A DNA stretch of 64,000 nt from an uncultured Alphaproteobacteria bacterium (GCA_944392595.1 CALXXD010000006.1:7074-71073), one strand, 5' to 3'. Shown: positions 53,897-63,628, numbered from the stretch's first letter. The notes: a model not told the origin generated them from the letters alone. A program made the numbers and translations.

Positions 53897-55969
53897 ATGA
53901 AATCTTGGCAGAAAATATTTTTGGCACCCATGACGGGTTTTGCTGTATGTATGTTAATTGGCGACGCGTACGCGGTTACGGCACGTAATGGCAACACCAT
54001 CGCCCCCCAGGTTGGACGCGCGGGCGCGACAACTGCGGGCGCAACCCAGCGTATGCCAACCATGCCATCTATGCCGAATTTCTCGGTTGGTAATATATCA
54101 ATGGATATGCCGTCCATTGTACCAGACACCCCCGACAATCCAGATAATCCGGATGAGCCCGACAACCCGGATAATCCCGATGAACCTGATAATCCAGACG
54201 AACCGACCGAACCTGAATGCCCCGATGGCGGTGTTGAAAATTCCACATACACAATTGATAACTGTATGGATGATTTGTTGCTGTGTATAAACAGTGGCGC
54301 CCTGCCCGGCGGTTTGAATGATATGTTTAATGACGAATTGCGCGCATCCATTGTTAATGGAATGAATCTGTGCGCGCCAACGGTTGAACGCTGTATAACC
54401 GATGTACGCAAAGATTGCACAAATGTATATCGCACCGCGGCCGACGTATGGACTGACTTTAATTCGCGCAAAGTCCAACCTGCATATTATAATTTTGTAT
54501 TGTTAAAAACGGGTCTGACACCGCATCAGGCTGAAAACACATGTAAATTATTGGACGTTAATACATACGGTTCTTCATTTAACGCTGTATCAAATGCTGG
54601 TGGCGTTACTGCTGAATACAACATCGGCACAGGCGCATATAATAATCAAAACGGCGGTTTATTGATAAAACGCAACCCCCAGGGTGCCACATTAAACTAT
54701 GGCAATTCCGGTGTTGATGGCGCACGCGGACATTATGCACGTTGGGATGCCGGCACGGCAGAATGCTGGGTTCGCGTCGCGGCATATAACAAAGATCAAC
54801 AGATTAAAAACAGTTGGCTGTTTGGTGCGGTTGGCAACGATCAACCGGCCGAGGTATGGCGTCGCGCGGGCGATACATTCACATGCAATCGCGATTTGTT
54901 CGGGTTTTCATTGATGAATCAGACAAACACTGCGGCTGTTGTCGGTATTGGCGGTGGCGCGGTTGTTGGCGCGGGCGTTGGCGCAATTGCGGGCCACGGC
55001 GATCGTGCGTTTGATTGCTCGATTGAAAAGCATCGTGAAATGCTGACTGATTTGTTAAAGAACGACAATCTTATTGGTGACATAAACGCATTAATCGATA
55101 ATCCAAATACCAGATTATCAAACGTTGATGGAATTATGAGCCAAAGCCAATGTAATCAGGTTGTGGAACTGTACGAAAAGTTTTCACAGGGCCGTATGAC
55201 ATTCATATCGGGCGAAGAACAATCATACCGCATGATTATAACTTTGACATGCGGCTCGGACATCCAGGCATGCTTTGACGAACATGCAACATCATGCGCG
55301 GCCCGGGGATTTACAACGATCCAAGAATGTCAAGATTATCTGAGCGCACAACGACCAAATTGCACAGGCGACCTGAACTCATGCGAAGAAAAATTCAGGG
55401 CCCAACATGGATTGTCCGAAGCGGTCGAGATTAATATAATAGATAGGGGTACGACTGAATATTCAGACGGAATGTCGCAAGAAGAAATCGAAGATCTGCA
55501 ACGCGTGTTCAGCAACACAGATTTGGTTGATTTATTGAAAAACGGCGAAGAATCCAATATGGGTAAAGCCATCGGCATTGGCGCGGGCGTTGGCGCAGGC
55601 GCAGGCGGATTGGCAACTGCGATAACCGCATTTGTCGAACGCAGCAACATCAGTTGCCATGTTGGCGATAACCTGGCCCAGGTCGGATACAACAAATCTT
55701 ATGCGATTGAATCGTTAAAAGATTTTTATGTAAAATGGAATCTGAACTTGCCGGATATAGTAACACCGACTGGCACCGCAACCGATTGCGCATCGTGGCG
55801 TCGCGCATGTAATACTGTGACGGATTTGGAACAATGCGCCTCAACCCAGATTACATACAAACCAACTGACGGCAGCACAGTAATGCAAATACCGGGCGCA
55901 TGTGCAGTATCTGGTGGCGTATGCATGGAAAATTATCCTGTTGCCAAATCACACGGCGCATGCGAATAA
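53897..55969 (+). CDS. Cysteine-rich secreted protein G (690 aa), distant family member
   Basis: AAGGGGGA Shine-Dalgarno. Signal peptide ..LIGDAYA. PDNPDNPDEPDNPDNPDEPDNPDEP linker. Many Cys (IDNCMDDLLLC, ERCITDVRKDC). Two Gly-zipper segments (IGGGAVVGAGVGAIAG; IGIGAGVGAGAGGLATAI). Confidence 0.8.
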   Translation: MKSWQKIFLAPMTGFAVCMLIGDAYAVTARNGNTIAPQVGRAGATTAGATQRMPTMPSMPNFSVGNISMDMPSIVPDTPDNPDNPDEPDNPDNPDEPDNPDEPTEPECPDGGVENSTYTIDNCMDDLLLCINSGALPGGLNDMFNDELRASIVNGMNLCAPTVERCITDVRKDCTNVYRTAADVWTDFNSRKVQPAYYNFVLLKTGLTPHQAENTCKLLDVNTYGSSFNAVSNAGGVTAEYNIGTGAYNNQNGGLLIKRNPQGATLNYGNSGVDGARGHYARWDAGTAECWVRVAAYNKDQQIKNSWLFGAVGNDQPAEVWRRAGDTFTCNRDLFGFSLMNQTNTAAVVGIGGGAVVGAGVGAIAGHGDRAFDCSIEKHREMLTDLLKNDNLIGDINALIDNPNTRLSNVDGIMSQSQCNQVVELYEKFSQGRMTFISGEEQSYRMIITLTCGSDIQACFDEHATSCAARGFTTIQECQDYLSAQRPNCTGDLNSCEEKFRAQHGLSEAVEINIIDRGTTEYSDGMSQEEIEDLQRVFSNTDLVDLLKNGEESNMGKAIGIGAGVGAGAGGLATAITAFVERSNISCHVGDNLAQVGYNKSYAIESLKDFYVKWNLNLPDIVTPTGTATDCASWRRACNTVTDLEQCASTQITYKPTDGSTVMQIPGACAVSGGVCMENYPVAKSHGACE

Positions 55970-55988
55970 AGAAATTTAACAGGTGTCC

Positions 55989-56015
55989 AATCCCCCACTT
56001 GGGGGATTTTTTTAT
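55989..56015 (+). terminator. Rho-independent terminator of gene G
   Basis: Hairpin AATCCCCCA-CT-TGGGGGATT followed by TTTTTTT. Confidence 0.8.
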
Positions 56016-56016
56016 A

Positions 56017-56692
56017 CCACCGCACCAATGCCCCGCCCCACCGCGCAAACATAGTTTGCATAGGTGGTCAGCACGGGATAATCTAATGCCCACCGCCCCC
56101 GGGCCCCGCGCAAACCCTGTTTGCGTGGGTGGAATCCGGGCGGGGGGTGTCGCGCCCTGCGCGACGGGGGGTGTGGTTTATCACCCGAAGCCTTGGCGAA
56201 GGATGATTTATCACCCGAAGCCTTGGCGAAGGGTGGTCTATCACGAGTAACGAGTTACGAGTAACTCTACCCTTGTCATTGCGAAGGAGTACGATCAACG
56301 TTGAAAACGTTGTCGTACGACTGTGGCAATCCAGTCTTAATATGTCTGCGGGCATTCGCCCGCAGTGCTTTTTTATTTACTGGATCGCCACGCTTCGCTC
56401 GCGATGACAAAGGGGACTAAGTACCCAATCCCGCACTCTCTTACCACCCCGCCCCAACCACCCACGCGACACGTCGCGCGGGGCCCGGGTATTGGGGCAC
56501 CCCTCCAATGGAGGGGAACTTAGACCGCGTCGGTCGTACGAATGCCCACCGCCCCAGGCGGGGGGTGTCGCGCCCTGCGCGACGGGGGGTGGGGTTTATC
56601 ACCCGAAGCCTCGGCGAAGGATGATTTATCACCCGAAGCCTCGGCGAAGGGTGGTTTATCACGAGTAACGAGTCACGAGTTACGAGTAACTA
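56017..56692. repeat. Repeat island 6
   Basis: An RE-A copy flanked on each side by GGGCGGGGGGTGTCGCGCCCTGCGCGACGGGGGGTG.. plus duplicated CACCCGAAGCCT(T/C)GGCGAAGG modules and heptamers. It abuts the stop of gene H. Confidence 0.9.
56273..56410 (+). mobile_element. RE-A MITE-like element (short internal deletion near the right end)
   Basis: Collinear with 15381-15524. The right arm reads CCACGCTTCGCTCGCGATGACAA. Confidence 0.7.
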
Positions 56693-59473
56693 TTAAAACT
56701 GGGTATCGCTGCATGTTTCGACTGGATCAGCCCACTTTTTACAATACTTGTTGCCAAAGAACGGGCTGTAAGTTTGTTCACAATTTTGCTCGCTGACACA
56801 CTTGGTACAAGTCAAATTCTCCCAATCAAATGTTGTTGTAATTTTTTCGCGATAATTCCAATTACTAACCTCGAATTCACCAGACAAATCCAGATTTGCC
56901 ATATCAACAGAAGAATGATCAGTCCAATCTGACACAGCCGACCCAACCAAAACCATAGTAGCGGCCGGTATGGCAACAAAATATCCGCCATATACAAAGA
57001 CAGCTATAGCAAGCAATCCTGCACCTGCACCGGACGTTATGACAGTCAAAAGAGCAGTAGCTATAATCAAACTGATGCCAGTAATAATCCCAGACAATGA
57101 TGCCGGCGTTTTTGATTTTGCAATTCCCGACATATTTGCCATATCAACACATGCCTGCCGCGCAACCTCTCGTCTGGCATCTTTGCCGTTTTCATCACGA
57201 ATTTCTGCCATACGCTCGGCAATAGTCGCAGAATCCAAAGCTTGTTGCTCTAATAATTCATCGTATTTATCGTAATAATTCGATTTGGCTTTATTAAGTG
57301 CCTGTGTTGCAATTTTCAGACGCGTTGCTTTGGTCAATTCTGGGAATCGTGCCACGGACGTACCCGAATAAGGTTTTATGCCATCCACTTCGCGCCCAGT
57401 CATACAAAACTGCACCGTGGGGTCAGATTCAATAATACGAACAACCGTATCAATATTCTGACGCAATTCATTTAATTCTTTTGATATAAACTGTCGATCA
57501 TACTCGGTTATATCATCCATTTCAAGATTCTGAAAATACTCATCAACACTACATATATTCCCATCCTCATCAATAGTTACGCCCTCCCAATAAATAGTTC
57601 CCTCTATCACACCACTTAACGGTGTAACAGGCCCCAACGCATTAGCAGTTGAACCAGGAACACGTCCCAATTCTTCGTCTGTAATCTGATTCACACTGGT
57701 ACGACAATTTCCATAATGAACAGATTCCTCATCTAACACATAATCACAAATCTTATATTCCAAAGAACGCGTACCAATTGCGTCATTATTCACAAATTTC
57801 TGACACGTATCCAAATCACCGCATGCATCAATTGTTGCCTCTTCCAATGCGGCGTTGCAATAATCCAGCATTTCATTATCTATGTTCAAAAATATACCCT
57901 GGGCAACATTGTACAATTCATCATATACTGCATTACCGCGAATATTTTGAGCGCCATAAACTTGCTGGCATCCGACCAAAGTATCATACGGGCAAATCCG
58001 CATTATGGTGTCTGTATCCAATCCGACGCACTGGGTATAATCAGGACCACATCTGTCCGGCGATTGCAAACATTCTTTGAATTCAGTGGTGCAAGAATTC
58101 ACACGCATAGACGCCAAACGCGCCAAAACAAATTGCCATATATCCGATTTTTCTGCGGCCTGGACTGATTCAGTGGAAATCCCGCACGCATTCAACGGCA
58201 CAGTACAAAGCGACAACATTGTCCCGGGCCGCGTCAGACACGCGTCATACGACCCCGACGGATCTTTCGGATCGATATTATCACGACACGCACGTTGGAA
58301 ACAAGACGACACATTGCCGATACAATCCTGGCGCGCGTTATCTTCGGCAATTAATTCGGCATATTTAATCTGGGGCGCATTTGCACGCAGGAATGTATCC
58401 CAAACCTGGTCTGCAACAGATTGGCAATTTTGCGTGACATTATCACACAACGGCTTTTTAGATAACAAAGTATCATACGTAGATGCAGAAATTGTAACGG
58501 TGGATTGTTCGCCCGCAATATTATATTGCCGCCCTGCCCCAGATGAACGGGCGTTTGTTGCATCAAACGCGGCAATTGGCGCGCATCCCGAAAAATCGGC
58601 ACCACATCCACCCGTGGAAATCATACAATTTTTGAATTCCACCGCGCATTGCCCCAAATCCCATTTGTTGGCATTATTCAACGCGGTATAAGACGCATCC
58701 AACAACCCCAAACGTGCAGATTCTAATTTCTGTGCGGATTCATTACGCCGCTGTTTTAATGAATTTTCATACGCGGCACAATCATTATTTATTTGTTGGC
58801 TGTACAGCAATTGTATAAATTGCATATTGGCACTGCATTCAGGAATCGCCGACGCGCAAATTTGATGTGCAGATTTGAACAACGCATCCCCAGTTTTATC
58901 ATCCAACGGCAACGCCGACGCGGCGCGCGGCGCCTCTTCTTCGGTTGTATTGTTATCCCACGCGGTTAAATCAACACCTGATTCTGGCTTGGCAAAAACC
59001 GCGTTTATATCGTACCCCTTTTCCAGGCTATCGACACCAGCGGTCGCCATTTGATAAGTTTTCAAATCCAATTCTTCTATTTCGGCCAAAATGGAATCAA
59101 ATGTCGCGTTTTTATTACTGCACACGCACCGGCCACCGTTTGCAGCATCCAGCATGCACAACGAATCCATACACCCGAAATATTTTTGTTGGCATTCTTC
59201 GTTTGAAACGACGGGCTTGTTTGCGGCGACCACTTTGGTGCCCATACCAATAACTTTTTGAGTGGTTGCAGCACGCGCCGCCACAGTGGGCGATTTGGTG
59301 GTTGCCGCCGGCGTGGTTGCACTGCGTGCGGCAACCGATTGAGTTGTTGTTGTTATGGTGGCCGGCGTCGATGTGCGCGAAACAGTGCGTGTCGATGTAC
59401 CGCGCGTCGCGGCGTCTGCGGGAATATTAATCCCACATATAACCAATAAAACAACAAGCACACATTTTAACAT
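56693..59473 (-). CDS. Cysteine-rich secreted protein family, member H (926 aa)
   Basis: Signal peptide MLKCVLVVLLVICGINIPADA. Arg/Thr/Ala tract. EECQQKYFGCMDSLC..GGRCVC, LYSQQINNDC..YENSLKQRR, NKWDLGQCAVEFKNCM..GGCGADFSGC. Two TM-like helices near the C-terminus. C-terminus CKKWADPVETCSDTQF. Confidence 0.85.
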   Translation of the reverse strand: MLKCVLVVLLVICGINIPADAATRGTSTRTVSRTSTPATITTTTQSVAARSATTPAATTKSPTVAARAATTQKVIGMGTKVVAANKPVVSNEECQQKYFGCMDSLCMLDAANGGRCVCSNKNATFDSILAEIEELDLKTYQMATAGVDSLEKGYDINAVFAKPESGVDLTAWDNNTTEEEAPRAASALPLDDKTGDALFKSAHQICASAIPECSANMQFIQLLYSQQINNDCAAYENSLKQRRNESAQKLESARLGLLDASYTALNNANKWDLGQCAVEFKNCMISTGGCGADFSGCAPIAAFDATNARSSGAGRQYNIAGEQSTVTISASTYDTLLSKKPLCDNVTQNCQSVADQVWDTFLRANAPQIKYAELIAEDNARQDCIGNVSSCFQRACRDNIDPKDPSGSYDACLTRPGTMLSLCTVPLNACGISTESVQAAEKSDIWQFVLARLASMRVNSCTTEFKECLQSPDRCGPDYTQCVGLDTDTIMRICPYDTLVGCQQVYGAQNIRGNAVYDELYNVAQGIFLNIDNEMLDYCNAALEEATIDACGDLDTCQKFVNNDAIGTRSLEYKICDYVLDEESVHYGNCRTSVNQITDEELGRVPGSTANALGPVTPLSGVIEGTIYWEGVTIDEDGNICSVDEYFQNLEMDDITEYDRQFISKELNELRQNIDTVVRIIESDPTVQFCMTGREVDGIKPYSGTSVARFPELTKATRLKIATQALNKAKSNYYDKYDELLEQQALDSATIAERMAEIRDENGKDARREVARQACVDMANMSGIAKSKTPASLSGIITGISLIIATALLTVITSGAGAGLLAIAVFVYGGYFVAIPAATMVLVGSAVSDWTDHSSVDMANLDLSGEFEVSNWNYREKITTTFDWENLTCTKCVSEQNCEQTYSPFFGNKYCKKWADPVETCSDTQF

Positions 59474-59483
59474 TTAACATGCA

Positions 59484-62420
59484 TTAAAACTGTATATCTT
59501 CACACGTTTCAACTGGGTCAGCCCACTTTTTACAGAATCTTCTGCCGCCTTTCGGATCAGTACAATTCTGTCTGCGCGTACATCTGTGACAAACCATAGT
59601 CTGCCAATTAAAGGTCGAAGTAATGGTTTCCTTATAATTCCAATTATTTACAACCTTGGATCCAACCAAGTCACGTTCTTGGGATGAAGTAGAATTTTGT
59701 TTTCCCCACGATCTGCCCATACTTGACGACTCTGCAACTCCTGTACAAGCCAACCTTGCACTTTCACGGCGCGCATCATCCAAATTTTGATTTTGGATTT
59801 CTGCTATACGCTCACTCAGCGAAACATAATCATCCATACGTTTCTTTTCTAATTCGGCATACTTTGTGTTATAGTTCTCAGTCGCGATTTTAATCGCAGA
59901 CGTGGCTATTTTTGCACGCATTTGCGTTGTTAAACCTGGGAAACGACCCTGACCAGACCTATCCACAGTGACGGCACCCAATCCCGCACTCTCTCGGGTA
60001 CTTGAACTCTCATCATTAATTTGGGTTCTGCCCCGGTCATTTACCCCCTGAACGACGCGTCCTTCTGTACAGAACTGAACTTGCTGATTGGATTCAATCG
60101 CGTTAATAGCATTATTGATATTATTCTGCAACATCCCCAATTCGTTTTTTATACTCCTGATTTGTTCCTCTGATCCAGCAATGGTACTTTCATCCAAAGC
60201 AATTAAACCGGTTTCGTCATCGAACGATATAGCATTCCACGGAATTTCCCCCTCAATTATAATAGCCAGTTTCGCACCCCCCGAAGCATTAACCTCCATC
60301 GCGGACGCCAGACTCTCATCTATGTTACGATACGTATATTCCGCTTGCTCGTCTTCATCATTTGATACACTTCCCTGTGCTAAACTTGTATCACGTCCTA
60401 ACATTTCATCAGATATTTGCGAAATCTCGGTATAACAATTGCCATAACTGACATCCGTCCCAGTCCCAGACGTTATTTCACAAATTTTATATTCCAGCGT
60501 ATTTGTACCTATATTCTCATTTACCGTCATATTGTCGCAATTTTCGGTACTGCCACAGACTGAAATCATGGCCTCGTCCGCGGCGTCTTGGCATTCAGTC
60601 AATAAGTTATTTTCAATATTCAGGAAAATTCCCTGGACAATCGGTTCCAAATTGGCATAAAACTGGTCACGCTCGCCCCAACCAGAATTCAACAAATTAT
60701 CCGTTTCTGCATTCCGATAATTACGGCATCCGACCAGCAATTCTTCGGGGCACATCTGGATAATAGTGTCCGTATCCAACCCGATGCATTGCGTATAGTC
60801 AGAACCACATCTGTCCGCGGATTGCAAACATTGTTTTACCTGATCTGTACAAGAATTAACACGCATAGATTCCAAACGTGCAACAACAAGATCCCAAATA
60901 CCATTTGGATCGATAATATCGTCATCATTCTTTGGATCCGTGGTTATACCACACGCGTTCAGCGGCACAGTACATAACGAAAACATAGTTTTCGGGTTGG
61001 TCAAACACATATCGTACGAACCATCGGGATCATTGGGATCCATTGTATCTTTACAGGCCGTCTGGAAACAAGACGATATATTGCCGATACAGTTTTGACG
61101 TGCGTTATCCGTGGCAATCAGTTCGGCGGATTTAACCTGGGGCGCAACCTCGCGCAGGAAAGCCAGCCACACTTGATCGCCACCGTTTGCCTCGTTCGCA
61201 GTTACGCATTGTTTTGTCACACTTTCGCACAACGGTTTTTTGGAATATAAAATATCGTACGTAGATTTTTGAATTTCGATACTTGTCATTTCGCCCGCTA
61301 TTTTATACGTATTGCTTAAATCTTTATTGGAGCTGCGAACATTCACCGCATCAAACGCAGCAACCGTGGCACAGCCTGAAAAATCGTCGCCACATTCGCC
61401 TGTATCAATCATACATTGCTTGAATTCAAGCACACATTGCCCCAAATCATACTTGTTGGCATTCTGATATTGTTCCAACGCCGCACTGTACAGTGCCTGT
61501 TCAGCGGTATATAATTTTTGCGCACTGGCGTTACGTTGCTGCTTTAATGAATTTTCATACGCGGTACAATCAGAACGAATTTGTTGAGAATACATTAATT
61601 GCAACATCCCGATTTCATTGGAACATTCAGGCATTTGCTGGATACAAATATCATGCGACGCGGCATATAACGCGTCACCCTCTTTGCCTTCGATTGGGCT
61701 TTGATAAACATCAATAACATCGTCAAAAATACTGTCTTCTTCGGCATCTATGGGCGTCATCCAAGAATTCAAATCTGGCAATTGTAACGGTCCTTTGTCT
61801 TGCTCGTCCAAAATGGCCTGGGCGACCGCATTTGCATTCGCGATTGCAGTCTCGGCCGCGTCACCCATTTCTATACGTTCAACACCGTATGTCGCCATCT
61901 GATACGATTGCTGATCCAATTCTTCAATCTGGGCCAAAATATCATTCAGTTCAGCATTTCTGTCACTGCAAATACAACGCCCACCACTGGCGTTATCCAA
62001 CATACAGAACGAATCCATACACCCATAGTATTTTTCACGGCATTCTTGGCTGACCACAACGTTTTCATTTGCGGCCGCGACCTTGGTTCCTGTGGAAATA
62101 ACCTTTTGTGTTGTGCCCGCACGCGCAACCGCACTGCGTGCAACCCCAGACCCAGACCCACTGGTACTTGCGGCCGGTGCGCGACTGACCGTGGTGCGTC
62201 CAACCGTTGCGGCACGTGCCGCCGTCGCGGGTGCAGCACTGCGTGCAGAAACCGCACTGCGCGCCGTTGTCGCACTGCGCGCAGTCGTCGAACGTGTGGC
62301 GGTTGTGGCCGCCGCCCCAGACGATGCCGCCGTGCCGCCGCGCGGATTTCGCGCCGTCGCAGCATCTGCGTTATAAACAACACCAACCAACAATGCACAT
62401 AAAATTGCAATTTTTTTCAT
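59484..62420 (-). CDS. Cysteine-rich secreted protein family, member I (978 aa)
   Basis: Signal peptide MKKIAILCALLVGVVYNADA. Long Ala/Arg/Thr/Ser tract. QECREKYYGCMDSFC..GGRCIC, MYSQQIRSDC..YENSLKQQR, NKYDLGQCVLEFKQCM..GECGDDFSGC. C-terminus CKKWADPVETCEDIQF. Confidence 0.85.
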   Translation of the reverse strand: MKKIAILCALLVGVVYNADAATARNPRGGTAASSGAAATTATRSTTARSATTARSAVSARSAAPATAARAATVGRTTVSRAPAASTSGSGSGVARSAVARAGTTQKVISTGTKVAAANENVVVSQECREKYYGCMDSFCMLDNASGGRCICSDRNAELNDILAQIEELDQQSYQMATYGVERIEMGDAAETAIANANAVAQAILDEQDKGPLQLPDLNSWMTPIDAEEDSIFDDVIDVYQSPIEGKEGDALYAASHDICIQQMPECSNEIGMLQLMYSQQIRSDCTAYENSLKQQRNASAQKLYTAEQALYSAALEQYQNANKYDLGQCVLEFKQCMIDTGECGDDFSGCATVAAFDAVNVRSSNKDLSNTYKIAGEMTSIEIQKSTYDILYSKKPLCESVTKQCVTANEANGGDQVWLAFLREVAPQVKSAELIATDNARQNCIGNISSCFQTACKDTMDPNDPDGSYDMCLTNPKTMFSLCTVPLNACGITTDPKNDDDIIDPNGIWDLVVARLESMRVNSCTDQVKQCLQSADRCGSDYTQCIGLDTDTIIQMCPEELLVGCRNYRNAETDNLLNSGWGERDQFYANLEPIVQGIFLNIENNLLTECQDAADEAMISVCGSTENCDNMTVNENIGTNTLEYKICEITSGTGTDVSYGNCYTEISQISDEMLGRDTSLAQGSVSNDEDEQAEYTYRNIDESLASAMEVNASGGAKLAIIIEGEIPWNAISFDDETGLIALDESTIAGSEEQIRSIKNELGMLQNNINNAINAIESNQQVQFCTEGRVVQGVNDRGRTQINDESSSTRESAGLGAVTVDRSGQGRFPGLTTQMRAKIATSAIKIATENYNTKYAELEKKRMDDYVSLSERIAEIQNQNLDDARRESARLACTGVAESSSMGRSWGKQNSTSSQERDLVGSKVVNNWNYKETITSTFNWQTMVCHRCTRRQNCTDPKGGRRFCKKWADPVETCEDIQF

Positions 62421-62570
62421 AAAAAGGCCCTTCCTATTTACACAATTCTATCATATATCGGGATATTTTTGAAAGGATTTTTTATCATTTTACGACAATT
62501 TTTTATCACCTGAAAAATGTGGCAAATCTAACGGTCCTTTGATTTGCCACAAAAAACACCCCCCAAGGGG

Positions 62571-62612
62571 CGTTACTGGTTACTCGTAACTCGTTACTAG
62601 TTACTCGTAACT
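62571..62612. repeat. Heptanucleotide array (6 x 7 nt, consensus CGAGTWA on the - strand)
   Basis: CGTTACT GGTTACT CGTAACT CGTTACT AGTTACT CGTAACT. Sits between the rplQ terminator and a second small hairpin (CCCC-CCAA-GGGG at 62558-62570). Confidence 0.85.
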
Positions 62613-62635
62613 AAAAAACGGGGCGATGCCCCGTT
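62613..62635 (-). terminator. Rho-independent terminator of rplQ
   Basis: Hairpin ACGGGGC-GAT-GCCCCGT followed by TTTTTT on the - strand, 2 nt after the stop. Confidence 0.85.
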
Positions 62636-62637
62636 TT

Positions 62638-63207
62638 TTATTTACCAGTTGTACGGCGTTTTACCGCTACGGTCTTTTTTGCACCCGCAGCTTTGGCAGC
62701 CTTTGGTGCAGATTCTTCTTTTTCAACCTTGGTTGTGGCGGCTTTTTTTGTCGCCTTTTCTGCTTTGTCCGCTTTATCAGCAACTTTTTCAGTCGCTTTT
62801 TCTTCCGCAGCCGCAGCAGGTTTGTTTGCCTTTTTCGCATTTACATCGCGATCAACCAATTCGATAATCGCCATCGGCGCAGCATCACCATAACGGAAAC
62901 CGGCCTTTAACACGCGTGTATAACCGCCTGGACGTTTTGCATAACGCGGGCCCAAAACATCGAACAATTTTTTAACCGTTGTATCGGACGCATTGCCCAA
63001 CTGGGACGCGACCAAGCGACGATTTGCAACTGTATCAACCTTGGCACGGGTAATTAACTTTTCGACCACACCGCGCAGGTCTTTGGCCTTTGGCAAAGTT
63101 GTTTTAATTTGTTCTTTTTCAATCAAGTTTTTCGCCAGCCCAATGAACAAGGCTTTACGAGCATTAGTATCGCGATTAAACGTGCGATGCGCTTTCATGT
63201 GTCTCAT
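62638..63207 (-). CDS. rplQ: 50S ribosomal protein L17 with Lys/Ala-rich C-terminal extension
   Basis: [45 protein letters not shown] is an L17 N-terminus. About 70 extra C-terminal residues are rich in K/A/E. Confidence 0.93.
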   Translation of the reverse strand: MRHMKAHRTFNRDTNARKALFIGLAKNLIEKEQIKTTLPKAKDLRGVVEKLITRAKVDTVANRRLVASQLGNASDTTVKKLFDVLGPRYAKRPGGYTRVLKAGFRYGDAAPMAIIELVDRDVNAKKANKPAAAAEEKATEKVADKADKAEKATKKAATTKVEKEESAPKAAKAAGAKKTVAVKRRTTGK

Positions 63208-63297
63208 TTAACTACTCCTTTTGTTGTTTCCGCCCGGGCAAACCCGGGATTGGTGTTGAGACGCGCGCCCTGACCCACCGGGGCCAGTAACGCGAAT

Positions 63298-63420
63298 TTA
63301 TTTTTGTTTATCGGCGTCAAAAAATATCATACGAAACATCTGGGCAAAAACGCTGTCGCCCTGCAAGAACGGCACGCGCTTTTTCGCATTTTTATAAGAA
63401 TCTTTCTTTTTCGTTGTCAT
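63298..63420 (-). CDS. Possible small ORF (40 aa) in the rpoA-rplQ spacer
   Basis: MTTKKKDSYKNAKKRVPFLQGDSVFAQMFRMIFFDADKQK, preceded by GGTGGA 5 nt upstream. No family recognised; it could be spurious. Confidence 0.25.
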   Translation of the reverse strand: MTTKKKDSYKNAKKRVPFLQGDSVFAQMFRMIFFDADKQK

Positions 63421-63549
63421 TTTTTCCACCAGTATATGTAAGAAATTAAAATTTATGAGATGATTGGAGACGATTGGCGGTTCGCTGCATAAGAACCGAC
63501 AATCGCGACAAGCATCCATAAAGTTTAATTGTAAAATTATTAGAGTGCG

Positions 63550-63628
63550 CCAGATGGCGATGTTTCCCGATTGCGTAGTGTAGTTGCCCTACATGAGCAA
63601 TCGGGAAACGCGCCAGATGACACGCTAT
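63550..63628 (-). ncRNA. Conserved two-stem hairpin element in the rpoA-rplQ spacer (unknown family), copy 2
   Basis: Outer stem GTTTCCCGATTG / CAATCGGGAAAC (63562-63573 / 63598-63609, 12/12 bp), inner stem TGTAG/CTACA, same loop GCGTAGTG..CATGAG and flanking GCGCCAGATG direct repeat as copy 1. Confidence 0.45.
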
